From: Apostichopus japonicus
Lineage: Eukaryota
Direction of reading: 5' to 3'
Assembly (NCBI RefSeq): GCF_037975245.1
Contig: NC_092575.1
Span: forward strand, 8,205,331-8,269,330
Length of the DNA: 64,000 nucleotides
The position numbers and the translations under genes are program-made. Of the stretch, positions 48,768 to 62,529 are shown in pieces. Positions within the stretch are counted from its first letter, which is position 1, and each line of letters starts with the position of its first letter. The notes below the pieces were generated by a model. That model made no database searches, had not been told where the DNA came from, and saw only the letters and a list, made by a program, of their open reading frames with translations.

Positions 48768-49506
48768 CTGAAAGACAAATGGCAAAAAATCTGATATGTA
48801 GCAAAACATTCAAATCTGAAAAAATAGAAGTGATATTGTACGCATTATGCAGAACTTTAAAGAACTTCTATGACGTTTACAACAGGGTTGTACAGGAAAT
48901 AAAAGGTGGTGAAATAATGGGCAGGACTTAACGAGAAACAACATCCATGTAATAATAGACATACGTGGGAATGTTGGGAAATAATGTAAAATAATGTTTA
49001 CTTTAGTTCTCCAATCTAGTATAAACCTTCTTTGCATTCCAGCATGATACTGTAGGTACAGTAGGCAGACGTTCTACACTGCAGCTACATGAAAGCTGTG
49101 CCGCAAACATCAATTCACTTTAAAAGTTCTGAAATTTTAAACAATTTCACTAAGTCACATTTCACCAGTCCATCTCCTGCTTTCCAGAAAAAAGTATAAC
49201 ATACCATCGACACTGGAAGTTTAATTTAGTTTTTGACATATAAAATGTTCCTTTCAATCTAAGCTGTCACAATTGAATTTAACAATTAACCTTCCTGTCA
49301 CTCCAACAATGCAGTGGTAGTGATGGAGTTTAGTAGTTCAATATTAAAGCCATTGAACATTTTGGAGGGTGGAATTACAAAAAGAATATTTTAAGGACAT
49401 ACAAATGACAAGGTGGTAATGTACTTGTTTTTGCAGCAAGGAGCTAAGGGAAAACAAGGAAAGGGTGGTTTACCTATCCTTTAAGGGATTAAGGAAGCAC
49501 TCTTAC

Positions 49507-51537
49507 CTTTGAGTAGCATCTCTGTTACTTCACTGAGGTTAAACATCTTTGTTTTCAAGCTAGTACTGCTTATATCAAGTTTTAACTTCTTACTTGACAA
49601 CAGCTTTATCTCCACAGTATTATCTGCAACTAAATCTCTTTCTGTCATGTCTTGTCCTTGCTTTGAATTGGCAACATGTCCCTGGTCTAATGCATGATTC
49701 CCGCTTTTGTTTGCTGCCTGTATCGTCTGTGCTTCGTCTGTTTCCGGATAATCGTTGATCAATGCACCTTGAACCACAACAGCAGTTGGCAGCTTAGTTT
49801 CTTTGCTTCTAGTGAATGACTCAGGTCGTCCGTATTCATCTAAGTCCAATATGCCATCCTCACTCACAATTAAGCTCCCAAACCAAATTGGGTTACTAAG
49901 AAGAACACCAGAATTTGAAGGCAGTGATTGGCCACTGGTAGTACCCGCTTCAAGTTTTTCTCTCTCTGTGTGAGCCACTTTGACTTTGCAGACTGTCTCA
50001 ACATCAAGAGTGGTACCTGCCTTTTGATTATGCAGAGATAAATTCAAGTTGTAACTTTCAGCTTTTGTTTGGCCAAACTCTATAGTTCCTATTTTACCAT
50101 CCTTTCCACATACATCCTGTGAACTAGACTTAACAGTATCTTTACCAGATAAATTGAATCCTTCTATTGTACTCTTCTCATTCTTCTGCACAGTCCTTAT
50201 ACTCTGGTCATCCCTTGTTGATGCTGTAGTTGTTGTTGTTGTATCATGAGTGGTACCCAGACTTTGCTTCACCCGTCCAGCATATGAGATTTTAGTGCAT
50301 TCAAGGTTTAGGTATTGCACAGATTTTGCGTGATGCTCTGAAGATCCTTGCCTCTTATTAGTACTGGAAGCTACATAAGAGGTCAAATTTGGAAAATTAA
50401 GATCAAACTTTCGAGTGGGACTGACTTCTAAATTCATAGCTGCAGATATGGAACTAGACGGGGGGACGTTGGTGGTCAATTCCTTTGATTCTTGTTGGCT
50501 AACAGTTCTATCAACTGTGTCACTTTTAAGATCACCGATGGAATTGATTTTTGGTTTGCTATTGCTTTGACTACTCAATGGTGCTGTAATTCCCTCAAGA
50601 TTATTAGACGGCTCCTTCTCTTCTTCTTCCTTCATTAATTGCACGTGGCCAGTCCCTTGGATGCTAGCTTTTAACCGGCTGGCGTATGACAACCCTCCTT
50701 GTTTCTTTTGTTCACAATTGTTCTCATCGCTCTCCAGAGAATCTCTTCTAGAGGATGCTGTTGTGGTGGTTGTTGTAGTACTGACTTGTTCTTCTGCCTC
50801 ATTCGTTCCCAGTCTCCTCCGACTGTTTGTATATTTACACATTTCTTTAGGAAGGCTACTAGACTTTCTCAAGTCCCAGGCAGAGTCTTTGCTTCGAGCA
50901 AAGTTAGAGTTAGGTGAATCATCCATATAAAAGTTTTTGGAAAAAGATCGCGGAAAACCAAAGTGACTAGCACCTTTCTCTTTGCGTCTGGATTTTCGAT
51001 ATTTGACAATGTTAAAGCCCCCGTGTTCTTCATCATTTTCGCCAGGGTCTGACATAGCGGCTCTACAGTCTGCTTCGCTTTCATCCTTGCCATAGTTGGT
51101 TGCATCATCTATAGCTCTATCTATAGCTCTCCGACGCAGTGATGCAAACACATCTTCTTCTAGCTCCTCCTCCTGCTGCTGCTCTTCATTTTCTTCATCT
51201 TTTGTGAGCTGCCTCAATCCTCCTATTTCATTTTCAGGAGCTGACCATTTCCTTCCTTCTGAAGATGTTTCCTCGTTTCCTTTTTTCTTTCTTGCTACAG
51301 GTTTGTTATTCTTAACAGGTTCAACTGCTTTGGTTCTATTACCTTTATTATCTTTTGAGTGTTTTGCTTTTTGCCCTGGGAAGACTTTGCCATCATTTTC
51401 ACCAGAGAGATTTTCTCGCTCAGAGCTGGACTCTGCTGATGTCTTTCTCTTGGTATTGGTGTCTGCTGATGAGGGTGCAGTCAGATCATTAGGAGATCTG
51501 GCTTCTTCTCCTTCAGTGGTGCTTTCAGTGCCATTGT
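49507..51537 (-). CDS. Large internal coding exon, about 2.03 kb, of a Ser/Thr/Glu/Lys-rich low-complexity (likely intrinsically disordered) protein
   Basis: A 693-codon open frame on the minus strand. Acceptor cctttttttccccatcttag|ac (+51538-51556). The consensus donor caaag|gtaaga (+49501-49506) leaves phase 1. Composition is heavily biased (poly-T, acidic and basic runs). No homolog recognised. Confidence 0.6.
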
Positions 51538-52919
51538 CTAAGATGGGGAAAAAAAGGTTCATACATCAATTTATAGTGCCACTAAAATACCATCTCAAGA
51601 TGACCACAAAAAGTCCACATAATGAAGAAATCTTTGCTGAAAACTACTGTTCTTTCATGTTAAGGCCAGCCTAACAACTGAAAACACTTTTGGCAATGTT
51701 GATGCTGAAGTGACTTTTGCAAAGTGACTTGCAATATCTATCATGGGTACAGTGAATAATTATCCAGTATCATATAGCAAAATGCTTATCAACAAAACAG
51801 GGTCAAATCAGGGAGTTGTTACATAACAACTCCCTGGTCAAATAGCAAGAAGAACATCATGCATAAATGTGTGAACTAGTGTAACCTTTATTAACCAAAC
51901 TTGAGATATTGCTGCTCATAACAATGCCCTCTTGCACATCATGGAAGCTAATACGCAACTTCCATACCATTATTTCCTAAGAGGAAGGTTTTCAAGAGGT
52001 TTTAGTTGAGCTACGCTTTGAACAGAAGTGACCCATGGTCACTTATCACACTTTCACATTACTTCAAACATGTACAGTAACCTGTTCCAAGCTTGCCCAA
52101 CATCCAGTAAGAAACAAGAATGGCAATTGGATTAATAGTAATGCCTTGCCAAATTTTTAATGAGAACATTCAACAGTGACACGGCACACAGGATTTTAAG
52201 TGTTGATCATCACAAGATTTGCAATGTCCTAGCAATAACACGGACATAACTATCAAGTTCATTCATGCTTTACATAAGACATGTGTGTTTCCAAGATTTG
52301 CAGATTTTGACATCTGTTTACCTTAAATGACCTTTGACCCTCACAGCAAGTGATAGGAAACTTGTACTCAGGAAGTTAATTCAGAGTTAAATATCAGTTT
52401 AACAAGGTTTAGAGAGTCTGATCTATTTTGACCTCAAATGACCTTTGACCTGCAATATCAACAAGGTTCGTAATCTCACTACTGTCGACAAGGAATCAAA
52501 ACACAAGCTGCAACTGATAGAATGCATCCACTACATTGGAATATACTCCAAATGCATCCATTGAGAAACAGACATTTGCTTGTGAGCAGACAAACAATCT
52601 TGATCAATTTCTGCTATCGATGGGTAATACTAGAACTGGCTATCATACCTAGGACAAGTGTGACTCTTCTCGTAGCCAACCCTTGAAAGTGAAGATTACA
52701 AATAGGGTGCAAAAACTGCCCAAGAGATACAGTACTTATTAGACTAAAAACATGCTTCAGTACTTATATTCTCTTTTACCTTACCCAAGTGTGTTTGTTT
52801 GTTGAGACAGGTAGGAAAGGAATAAAGCAAAAGTAACAAAATGGAAGATGAAATTGATTAAAAATAAGTCCCTTCTAAGCAGGAGTGGCAATAAGACATC
52901 ATAAATGCTGGCGGCATAC

Positions 52920-53925
52920 CTTGTTTAGTTTTTTTCTTCTTTTTTCTCTTCTTCTTTCTCGTACCATCACCAACACTGGAGTCATCCCTTGTCACTTTAT
53001 TTGAAGATGTCTCATGCAAGCTGCGGCAGGAACCATAGTTTGTTTGGAAACCATTATCAAAATGAAAAGATGGGCCTGTCGGAGACACTGCTGGACTGCT
53101 ATGAGCATACACATCCTCTAGCTCACGTTCTTTCTGTTGTGCTCCATGCCTCTTCAATGGCGATTTATTCCCCCTATCAGTTCTGAGCTGACCTAAGATA
53201 GGTGTGGCAGCATTGACCTCAAATTCTGTAACCTGGCTAGAATTGATGAGTTCAGGAGCAGGGCAGTTTTTGACGTCGGTACTTTTGGGTTTAAGTATAA
53301 GTGATGCAGACTTCTTCAATAGAATTTCAGGATGAATTGGACCAACATCTTCTGTACTCACTTTTGTTTCTGAATTATGTTTATTTGCTTTCTCTCTAAG
53401 CATATTAGTTTTCCCTTTCATTACATTGTTTGTTGTTTCCTTAGTTTTTGTCAGAGGACCAAACTGTATTCCATCATCAACCTCTTGTTGACCCTTTTGG
53501 CCAGCAACTCCACTGGCCTTACTCTCAGACATGGTGCTATCCGGTTTAGGTGCGTCTTCATCCACAATATATCTTTTCTGTGATTCAGAAAATTGACCTT
53601 TTGGCACATTGTTAGTTATGGTGTTTACTGCACCTAGGTCTGTTTCATGAGCCTGCGAAGCACTGTCATCTTTTTCATCTGTTTTCAACGTCATTGCTGG
53701 TGTAATTTGAGTGGACCCCAAATGTGGCGACAAGTTGTGGTTTCTATCTTTTGATCCAAACCCTTTTTCGTTTTTTTCTGGTGCGTCAAACGTACCATAA
53801 ACTCTGACATTATGAAAGACGTCCGATATGAGGTTTTGCCCAGCCTGTAGGTCAGCTCTTAGAGTTTCTAGGTCCACAGTAGATCTTTCTGAAAGTTCAC
53901 GTGCTCTTTCTTTGATTTCATCCAC
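52920..53925 (-). CDS. Upstream coding exon, about 1.0 kb, of the same minus-strand gene (VDEIKERARELSERSTVDLETLRADLQAGQN... then a disordered S/T/K-rich region ending GTRKKKRKKKKKTKQ)
   Basis: Acceptor tctcttattttctctatcaaag|gtg (+53926-53947), with phase-0 entry. Donor caag|gtatgc (+52914-52919) leaves phase 1, and the exon at 49507-51537 starts with the 2 nt completing that codon (g+ac = Asp). The poly-Lys tract is NLS-like. Confidence 0.55.
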
Positions 53926-56900
53926 CTTTGATAGAGAAAATAAGAGAAACATTTTTTGCAGGTAAACTCCAATGTGCTGGCTACAATGCTATTTTAATGA
54001 AAGTAGTGGCCTTACCTGAATTTGAGGTAAAGTTATTTCATTGATACATATAGTTATCTATCACATAATTAAGGAATTAATAATAATAATAATAATAAAT
54101 TATAACTAATAAATAATTATCAAATCTATTTGGTCTTCATTTCGAACTTCCAAAAAAGAAGTGTAAAGACCTTCCAAAGACAATCAAAACAACTGTAAAA
54201 ATGTTTCCTAGGAGTCTAGAACAGCAGACTAGCAACACTTAGAATATTTTTGCAATAATCTGAATATGATATTTTCACACCATTTTTACCAAATGTTGAA
54301 GAAACACTTTCAAGCAAATTGCATACATGTAGATTACACCAAACTGAGTTTCACAAAACTTCAAAATAATTTTGATTCACAAAGATCAAAATTTCAAAAC
54401 CATATATCTCAAATTATGTTCAGTAGAAAAAATGTCAAAGGGCTAATGATGCATTGCAAATTTCTCATTGTCTCTTCATGACATGTTTTACCAGCAAAGC
54501 AGGACACTAGTCTTAATACCACTCCATGGTTCTTGTACTGACAAAGGTGAATCCACTTGCAAAGTGTGAAGTTCTTCCAAGATTTGCTTTTTAAATTAGG
54601 CTTCAAGAGTTCACAATATTTCAGATTTTAACCTCTGTTGGCCTAAAATGAACTCTGACCATGTATTCACTAGATTCCTCTAAACACTATGGTGGATATA
54701 CATAAAGTTCAAACACCAGGTACTTTTCCTGAGTTTATTCAGGTTTCACAGATAAGGCATCACACATACAAACACATGTTGTGTTAAGCCCCACCACTCA
54801 TTAATATTCATGATGGAACCAAAAACAATAGGGCACATCTTCACATCATGGGGCATCTACCTACCAAGTATGACATTGTTTCAACTTGCGTTTGTTGAGA
54901 TATATTGTTTACAAGCTAGCCATCACATACACACTTTCATACACACATGCCAGCACAAATTCAAAGATTACCAATGTCAAAGGTAGCTTTCAATCCTAAA
55001 GTTGCCTAATTCTGTGTTTGTTTACACCTTCTACCCAATAGAAATCAGCCCAATTATGCAAAAATAAGAACAGTTCATATGTTGGCCATTGGGCTGTAAT
55101 GGGATTGTCATTTGAGCAACTTAGAGGCATGTTGCTGTTCAAAACATGGAATTCAGAAAGGTAGTTTTTTTAATTGTAACAGCATCCAAGTACTTTTCTG
55201 GTAAAGTTTCCTTATTTTCATGTCATAGTACTTGAAGGAAAAGTACAGTAGTGACAAAAAATTGTTTTCCTCATTTATAACATGACTGTTCCCAGACATG
55301 ACTTTTAAACTAGATTATTTCCCAAACGAAGTAAGGTTTTTCTTATCTGTTTGGGGTGTTGTTCTTCACAAAGATCTGTCATATAAGCTACAGATGATGG
55401 TTGGGTTTGCGTCTTCTTCAATTGTTTTCTTAGTCAGTCACCCCATACCGATTGAAATTCCAGAGAGTGTGATACAGTAAGTTTTATCCTCCTTGTTTTA
55501 TAGGAGATTAGTGTATGTCAGATGATTGGCTAGTTCATCCCATTTCTCAAAATTTGAGGTATTTATTGGCTACATGCCAGTGCAAAATTAATGTCGCTGT
55601 GGTATTGATTCAATGAAATTGCAAGTGGGAATTTGATTTTTAGCCAGTAAATTTTTATGCACTGGTTAGTTTTAGCAATTGGCTAAACTTGTGAAATTTT
55701 AGACATACGAAAATGAATTGAACTTTTCAACTCTCTAATCCTTTGTGTTACCCATCCCCCTTCTGTAGCCTATGCTAGGCCTACTAAACTACTGTAGACT
55801 AGGCCTAGTGTAGGTCAAGTCATGTCTAGCCTACAGTAAGGCAAGTGCACAGTACTGGGAATGGCTATTTTTTTCTGTAAAAATCTCCTTGGATTTGTGA
55901 TCCAACTCCATTCAAAAATGAATGGTTTTGGAAGATAATGATGGCAGAAGCTGCAAAACACAATTCACAAAAATTTGTCAATGTCACATGTCAAACAAGA
56001 AACTGATACACCATTTCTTGTGATTAAAATGGCACTTCCAGTTCAAACACAAGTAGTCAATAACTGACAAAATGACTGAACGTCGGTGAAATAACATACT
56101 GTTGGTGACTCAAGTTGTTGACTCACTCAATTCACATCAGTTTGTGAATTGCAACTTGACCTTTTAAAGTATTCATGACGTTCAGATGAATGGTATGACA
56201 AAGCTGAACATCTGCCTGTTGTTTGAACTAGGCGAATTATGCAAGTAACAATATTGCTTCAAAAGACCCTGGCACAATTTACACTTGCAGTAAACAATGC
56301 ATGATAGTGTGTATTAGAGGCTCTACAAGGACCTGCTGTGCCAGTTCTTTCTTAATCTTGTGTATTATTGTTATTAGGTTTTTCAACATAGCATTATCCA
56401 CGGTTAACGTGTACCACTTTGACTCCTTCACTTGAAGTCTGAGGTTTCTGATTGCAAACAAAAAATAAGCTAACAGAAAAGTTAGCAGTGGCTTAACAAT
56501 GGCTGCAGAAAATGGATGATTGTACCTACAGTATATCTATAGCCTTTCAGTGTCTTTTATTGATTATCATTAAAAACCTGCTGATATAACTGTGTAAATA
56601 CATGTATGATTTCCTACAGAAGCTTCACATACAGTATATTCACTGTATTGCACTTTGCATTATTGTTTCTTTTCTTTTGTTTTAGCTAATTTCTATTTGA
56701 CATTCCTGAACAGACTTTTACAAACATAAACCAAGTTATAGAACAGTTCTATTAAATAAAGTTTCCATTATAATTAATCACTGGTGGTTGGAATGGTTGA
56801 CAAAGTTAGAGATATTTGAAGTCATTTCTTCACTTTGATATGTAAATTGTTTTTCTGCCACGGAATAATTTATCCAGTATTGCATAGCAAAATTTGATGC

Positions 56901-59900
56901 AAAATGGGCAAATCACTATACATGTGCGAACATGTTATAGGTATAGTGGTGTTTGTTGCCCAGTAACAATAGTATTTGATAAGAGACAAAAATCAGACTT
57001 CAAAACTTCTACACAAAATTTGAACTCCGAGTACTATGTAGTACACCGCAAAGGTAAATAAAGGAAAATAGATGCATGATATTGAGAAAAGTGCACTGTA
57101 CGTGCATTTGTAATCTCTCTCCCCTACAAAATGGGTGATAAATATTTTTGAGACATTAAACATTCAATGTTACAGCACTTGACTGACGACTGGACTTTAA
57201 ACTTGGCCTCAAAGCCTTGACCCCAGGGACTTGAGACTTGATTCAAATGACTTATTGAAAGCACTGATATTACACGTTTCAGTCTGAAAACAATAACCTA
57301 ATCATATAACACTTCTTTATCACAGTTAGAACACCATGACTTAGTGTGGTCATTATTATATAGGCTAAGCACTTTCACCCAAATGCACTGGCCACACAAC
57401 TAGAGAAATTTCACACATTCCTCTGTGACTCCATCATCAAAACAGGAAAAAAATGCAGTTACAGGGAGTGTAATACTTTCATGGCTAGTAAAAAGCAACC
57501 TTAGTTTATATTCCTAGCCTAGGCCTACAGTAGGATAAAGATAAAGCTTTGATCTATAGATGGTAACTTTGGTCACATCGTTCTCATATTGTTGTGTATA
57601 GTTGGTAAACACTTCACCAATCGGATTATCTAAGTACCCATGAATGGTACCCATGTACCCAACGTACCCATGCCTAGGTCTGATTCGTGTCTTGTCTAGC
57701 AAGTGGTCCCTATTTCCTTCAAGTTCAACCTGTGAGTGTGAGTTTATGCTTAGATTGAGATATATGAATTAAACCTTAGAATGTAAAAAACTGCAACCAG
57801 AGGGAAGAAACCATAAAGACCACTTTGATAGTTTTTGGCAGGCATTTAAAACTAAGAGAACATTAAAATTAAAATTAAAAAAAAAATTAAAATTGCTACA
57901 ATAATGATTTATATGTGAAAGGGATATATGCCACATTTCCCCACCTACACGATTTGCCTTGTTCTCATTGTGTGCCGGTGAATAAGTCCTTTGTTGATAT
58001 CTTTTGCCAAATTGTAGCATGGTGGGCTCATAATTGACGCACTTAAGGATTTGATCAACGATGTCTATCAAGGAAAAATCCAAATCACTCAACTGTTTAT
58101 GTGTTTCATATGTGTAGTTCCTCAGAAATGTTATGATCTCAAAATATTTAAGGTTCTGTGCTTATGCACCGTACAATTGAGCAGAATTTGACCACAAAAT
58201 GTCTACCGTGTCAAGTTCTTTCATACCCCTAGGCCTAGGCCTAAATTGACACATTTGGCGATAAGCTAACTGTAGTGTAGGCCTTAGTATACATCCACTG
58301 ACTTTAGATGCTTTTTGCTATGCTCTGAGCATCTAAGCTAAGGTCCCAGAATGTAGTGTTATCATATTGAGGTAATGTTGGTTATTTTTTGGGTCTAAGA
58401 TTCCCAAATGCCCAAAAAATGTGCAGACCTGGGGGGAGGGTGTTAAAAGCTTAAAATACACCATAATTTGGTCAGCAAATAGCTGAAATGGATTCAAACT
58501 GACTGCAAAAAGTTTCGGTGGCCTGCTGTATCGTTGCTAGTATTAATTAAAGGTACTTAATTACTAGGGTGCGTCAATTATGAAGCCTTTACTATACAAG
58601 TGATCAGAATTGGGACCAATTACTTAGCTTACGCTAAGTTAGTTTGCACATAAATTTTAAGAGTAAATTAAAGTCTAACGTTTCTTGTGTTTGTATTGTT
58701 GGACCTGGCCTAGACTAGGCCTTAACCTGTGTGGTTTGACCTTGTGCTTAACCTAACACTACGACTACCAGACTACAGTAGCCTACGCTAGGCCTAGGCT
58801 AACCCTAGACGAGGTCCTAGGCTACAACACAGTTGACACAAACAGCCGAAACCGTTTGTTCATATTCCCACTTTTGTCTTGCCCAAATGAGGTGGAATAG
58901 AGCTATCGTAAATCTGCAAGAACTTCTCGGTGTCGTCTTCTTTCAGTGCTAATGCTAACGTTAGAGATACTGACAAAAGCTCACTTTCTTTGCAAGTTTG
59001 ATTGTTGTCACCGCCAGCAAACTCGCTGGCCATGATCATTTACCACTCATTCTTGTGCAAATTACACCATACCAAATACGTTATGTTACACACTTAATGT
59101 AGTGCAACGGTGTATGGTTTGAATATGCGCGTACATATGTCCAATATGTACTGCGTACGGTACATCATGTATGCCAACAGCGATTTTGTGTGCCTAGCTA
59201 GCCTAACCAGTACCAAATTTCGTAGCGTATGTGTGTAAATTCATATGCATGGCATGTAGGCTATACATATACATGTCACTACAAATTTCTGTAGTTGTTA
59301 TGGTCGAACACGCATGCGTAGAACTTGACGACGAAAACCTAAGTTGACGGAAAGCTGCTCAAATTTGTACCGGTTGCACAAACTTAGAGAAATCCACCTC
59401 AAATGAAGCACGAACAAACGGCCTGACGGTTCCGACAAATGAATGTGCCCAGGCCACATACCGTTTCGCTGATAAGGATGAGCATTGCAAATGAAAGGTC
59501 ACGTGAATGGAATGTTACCAGACGTCCAACAATATTATGCTGATCCAAATCAATCCCCTTTCTCAACCACCGCCCCCCCCCCCCTCCTCCCCCAAACTGT
59601 AGCCTACCTTTACTCTGCAGTTGTGCCGTTGATAATAAAACAGAGAGTTCCGCAGCTTATTACCCTAAGCGTAAGGTGATCATGAATATTAAAGGGGTTG
59701 TGCTGGGTTCAGTTGATGGCTTAAAATTATCTGCATCTTCAGGTCCAAACTACATCTCAAAGCATTTTGTTATAGTGAAGAATCGTATTTATCTCAATTG
59801 TTGACATTCTGACATTGCATCTGGCAACTACATGAAAGTGAAAATGTCATTATGGCAATTGTTCTCAAGACTGAGAAATTAACAACCAAGCAAAAGTTCC

Positions 59901-60039
59901 AATGTATACTCACATCTAAAGAGTATAAATCAGCAAGAATGTTATAATAGGAATTAGCAGAGCTTTTGAATAACCTCTGGCATGATGACTGCGTATATAG
60001 ACGGTGCATCAACTTTGATCCACTTACTGAAGTTCGAGG

Positions 60040-61600
60040 GTTGAGTCAGTTAACTGCAGTGGCGTAGCTAGGATTTTTTGAGTGGGGGGCCATGGGGGGG
60101 CTGTTCTTTCTTGTGGGGGGGCCGGGTTACTATCTGAGCGGAGCGCCACCTTGGTTGGCGCGGAGCGTACAGAGAAAATTTGAGATTTCAGCACCCCCCA
60201 GATCGCAGGAGATGGCACCTGTGAGGCAAAATAGCAACCAAAAAGATGTGCAACTTTGGTGACAGAAATGCAAAAAAAAAATTTTTCTCTTTCATGCTGA
60301 CTGGCCTTGCCAACTCAGCCAGACTTTTAACTTGAGTGAAGTTGGCATCAAAGGCGTACGGGACCATTTCAGTTTGGGGGGCAGAACTTTTTGTGCCCGA
60401 AAGTCCCGTAACACTATCTAAGCGGAGCGCCACCATCGGTTGGCGCGTAGCGAACAAGAAAATTTTTGGCACACAATGCCTCTCAGATTGCCGGAAACGG
60501 CACTTCTGAGGCCTTGCAAGTTGCATCTAAACATTCTTTATTTTATAATCTCACGTTTTAGAAATTTACAGTTCCCCAAAAATTTGGTAAATTAGAAGAA
60601 GAAAAAATGGTAACATCACTTTAAAGGGGGAAAATGGGACAGTATATTTTTTAAGCTGCTATATTTAGTTACCTTATTTATTATTTTAACACAGTACTCA
60701 GCTACCTCCAGAAAAAACATTGTTCAACGACACGTAGGCGGGATAATGTTGCTGTGTCGGGTGAGACTGCAATTTGTCTCACAAAAAAGTATAAAATATA
60801 ACAAAGAATATGATAAACCTGTACTTCTAGGCTTGTAGACACTCCCCCCCCCCACCATCCATGAAAAAGAAAATGTTTCTTTTATACACTCATGTCGGGG
60901 ATATCCAGGTCAAGGGCGGCGGAAGCACTTTTAATCTGGGGGGGGGGGGCACCGACATCAAAGGGCACTTTGCAGAAATTCGATTAGAATGATGCAGCGT
61001 TATATTCAGTACCCTTTATAACTCTTATTGTATTATCTTATTTGTGTATACACATCACTCCATCAACGTCCCCCCCCCACCCCCTCAAGGAAAATATGCA
61101 TACTAGCACTGCAATATCCAATGCGCAAATTGGGAAACAAGGAACAAGTTTTCTTTTGAGACAAAATGAGGTGAAATCATGCTAGTTGCTAACGTAGGAA
61201 TCTTCCGAATTAGTTTTAGTTTTTTTCTTGTTAATATCTTAACAAATTTTTTCCATTCGAAAATGCTTTGAGTTTGACTCACAGAAATTCGTTAAAAGTC
61301 ACGGGCTTAGCCAGGATTTGCAAAGTTGTATGCACGGCTATCTGAGCGGAGCGCCACCATCGGTTGGCGCGGAGCGTACTTTAAGAAAATTTTTGGTTTT
61401 ACAAACCCCTCAGACGGCCGGAAACGGCCTTTCCTGAGTGTTCATTCTGGTTCCCTGGCCTCTTGCTAACTTGAGGCACCTCAATTTTTATGTAGAAAAA
61501 AGGCACATTTCTAACCTGAGGAAAAGTGGGGGAGGGGCACGTGCCCCCTTTTTCCCCCCGGTTCCACCGCCCTTGGTTCAGGTATACACTTTACTAGTTA
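60040..61600. mobile_element. Second large copy of the composite MITE-like repeat family. It has ends cagtggcgtagctagg...Gn, two GCGCCACC..GGTTGGCGC sub-repeats (60100-60235, 60400-60530), TIRs GTCAAGGGCGGCGGAAGCAC (60920) ... GGTTCCACCGCCCTTG (61570) and an internal sub-repeat copy (61300-61480).
   Basis: Block-wise similarity to 25770-27000 (for example 60890-61090 matches 26070-26260, and 61490-61580 matches 26900-26985). Confidence 0.5.
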
Positions 61601-61756
61601 GAAGAAAAAAAATTGATCGTGCAAAAAGCGTGGTAGCCCAGATGAACTGCGCTTACGGTGGTGTTACACGGAAATATTCGGGCATCATGATGCTAAATAA
61701 AGAAAATCATGGAATTGTCGGGCAAAAATTTGAAAAAGATTCGGGCAAGCTACTGC

Positions 61757-61757
61757 A

Positions 61758-61853
<96 letters not shown>

Positions 61854-61880
61854 CATATACATATATATATATATATTTCC
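61757..61880. repeat. (TA)n / (TATACA)n compound microsatellite
   Basis: atatatat... with interspersed acatatacatatac units. A palindromic flank (gaaattcgggca ... tgcccgaatttc) lies at 61890-61990. Confidence 0.8.
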
Positions 61881-62529
61881 AGAGGACAAGAAATTCGGGC
61901 AAAAGTCCTGAAAAATTCGGGCAGCCTAAGAGGAGAAAATTTTTTTTTTTTCTCCTCTTAGGCTGCCCGAATTTTTCAGGACTTTTGCCCGAATTTCTTG
62001 TCCTCTGGAAATTTAGGGGGCTGTCTGCCCCCCCCCCCTGCACCCCCGCCTCGTACGCCTATGTTTGGCATCATTTGTTGTTTCAAGGTGTCAAGGCCTT
62101 TCTCCCAACTCAAACCCCTGTGGGCTACCGGTAGGTTTGCAGGAAATGCCCACATGTGGACTTAAATAGCATTAGAGGAAGGGGATGGAAGACTAACACG
62201 CATCGATGTTTCGGTAATGGTCCACATTGGTGGCTCGGTGCTAATTAGGCCATTTATTGGGTTTCTTGAGGCAGCTGTCATCAGAATCTGGGTTTTTGTG
62301 CCAATCGATGACCGATAACATGTATTGGTAGATATCGATATCGCGCAGCACATGCACAAGGTTCGTGGTGTATGGTCGCAACCGTCGCATCGACCATTGC
62401 CATGCCATGCTGTATGACCATTCTCATGATTACTACAGATATTGTATTATTCTTATTCTGCCAGATGCAAACGAGAAAATTGTGTAACTCTATTTCCCAA
62501 ATTATTGAACAAAAAATATTAGTGAATCC

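Noticed and set aside
51096-51674. A 192-aa serine-rich ORF on the + strand
   Set aside because: It lies antisense to the much longer, splice-supported minus-strand exon. Low-complexity sequence generates long ORFs on both strands.
57514-58092. Two minus-strand ORFs (62 and 107 aa), considered as upstream exons of the low-complexity gene
   Set aside because: No convincing splice signals or phase link to the exon at 53925, and no recognisable homology.
58856-59038. A 59-aa minus-strand ORF (MASEFAGGDNNQTCKESELL...), considered as a possible first coding exon
   Set aside because: Short and unconserved, with no supporting donor in frame. Left unannotated.
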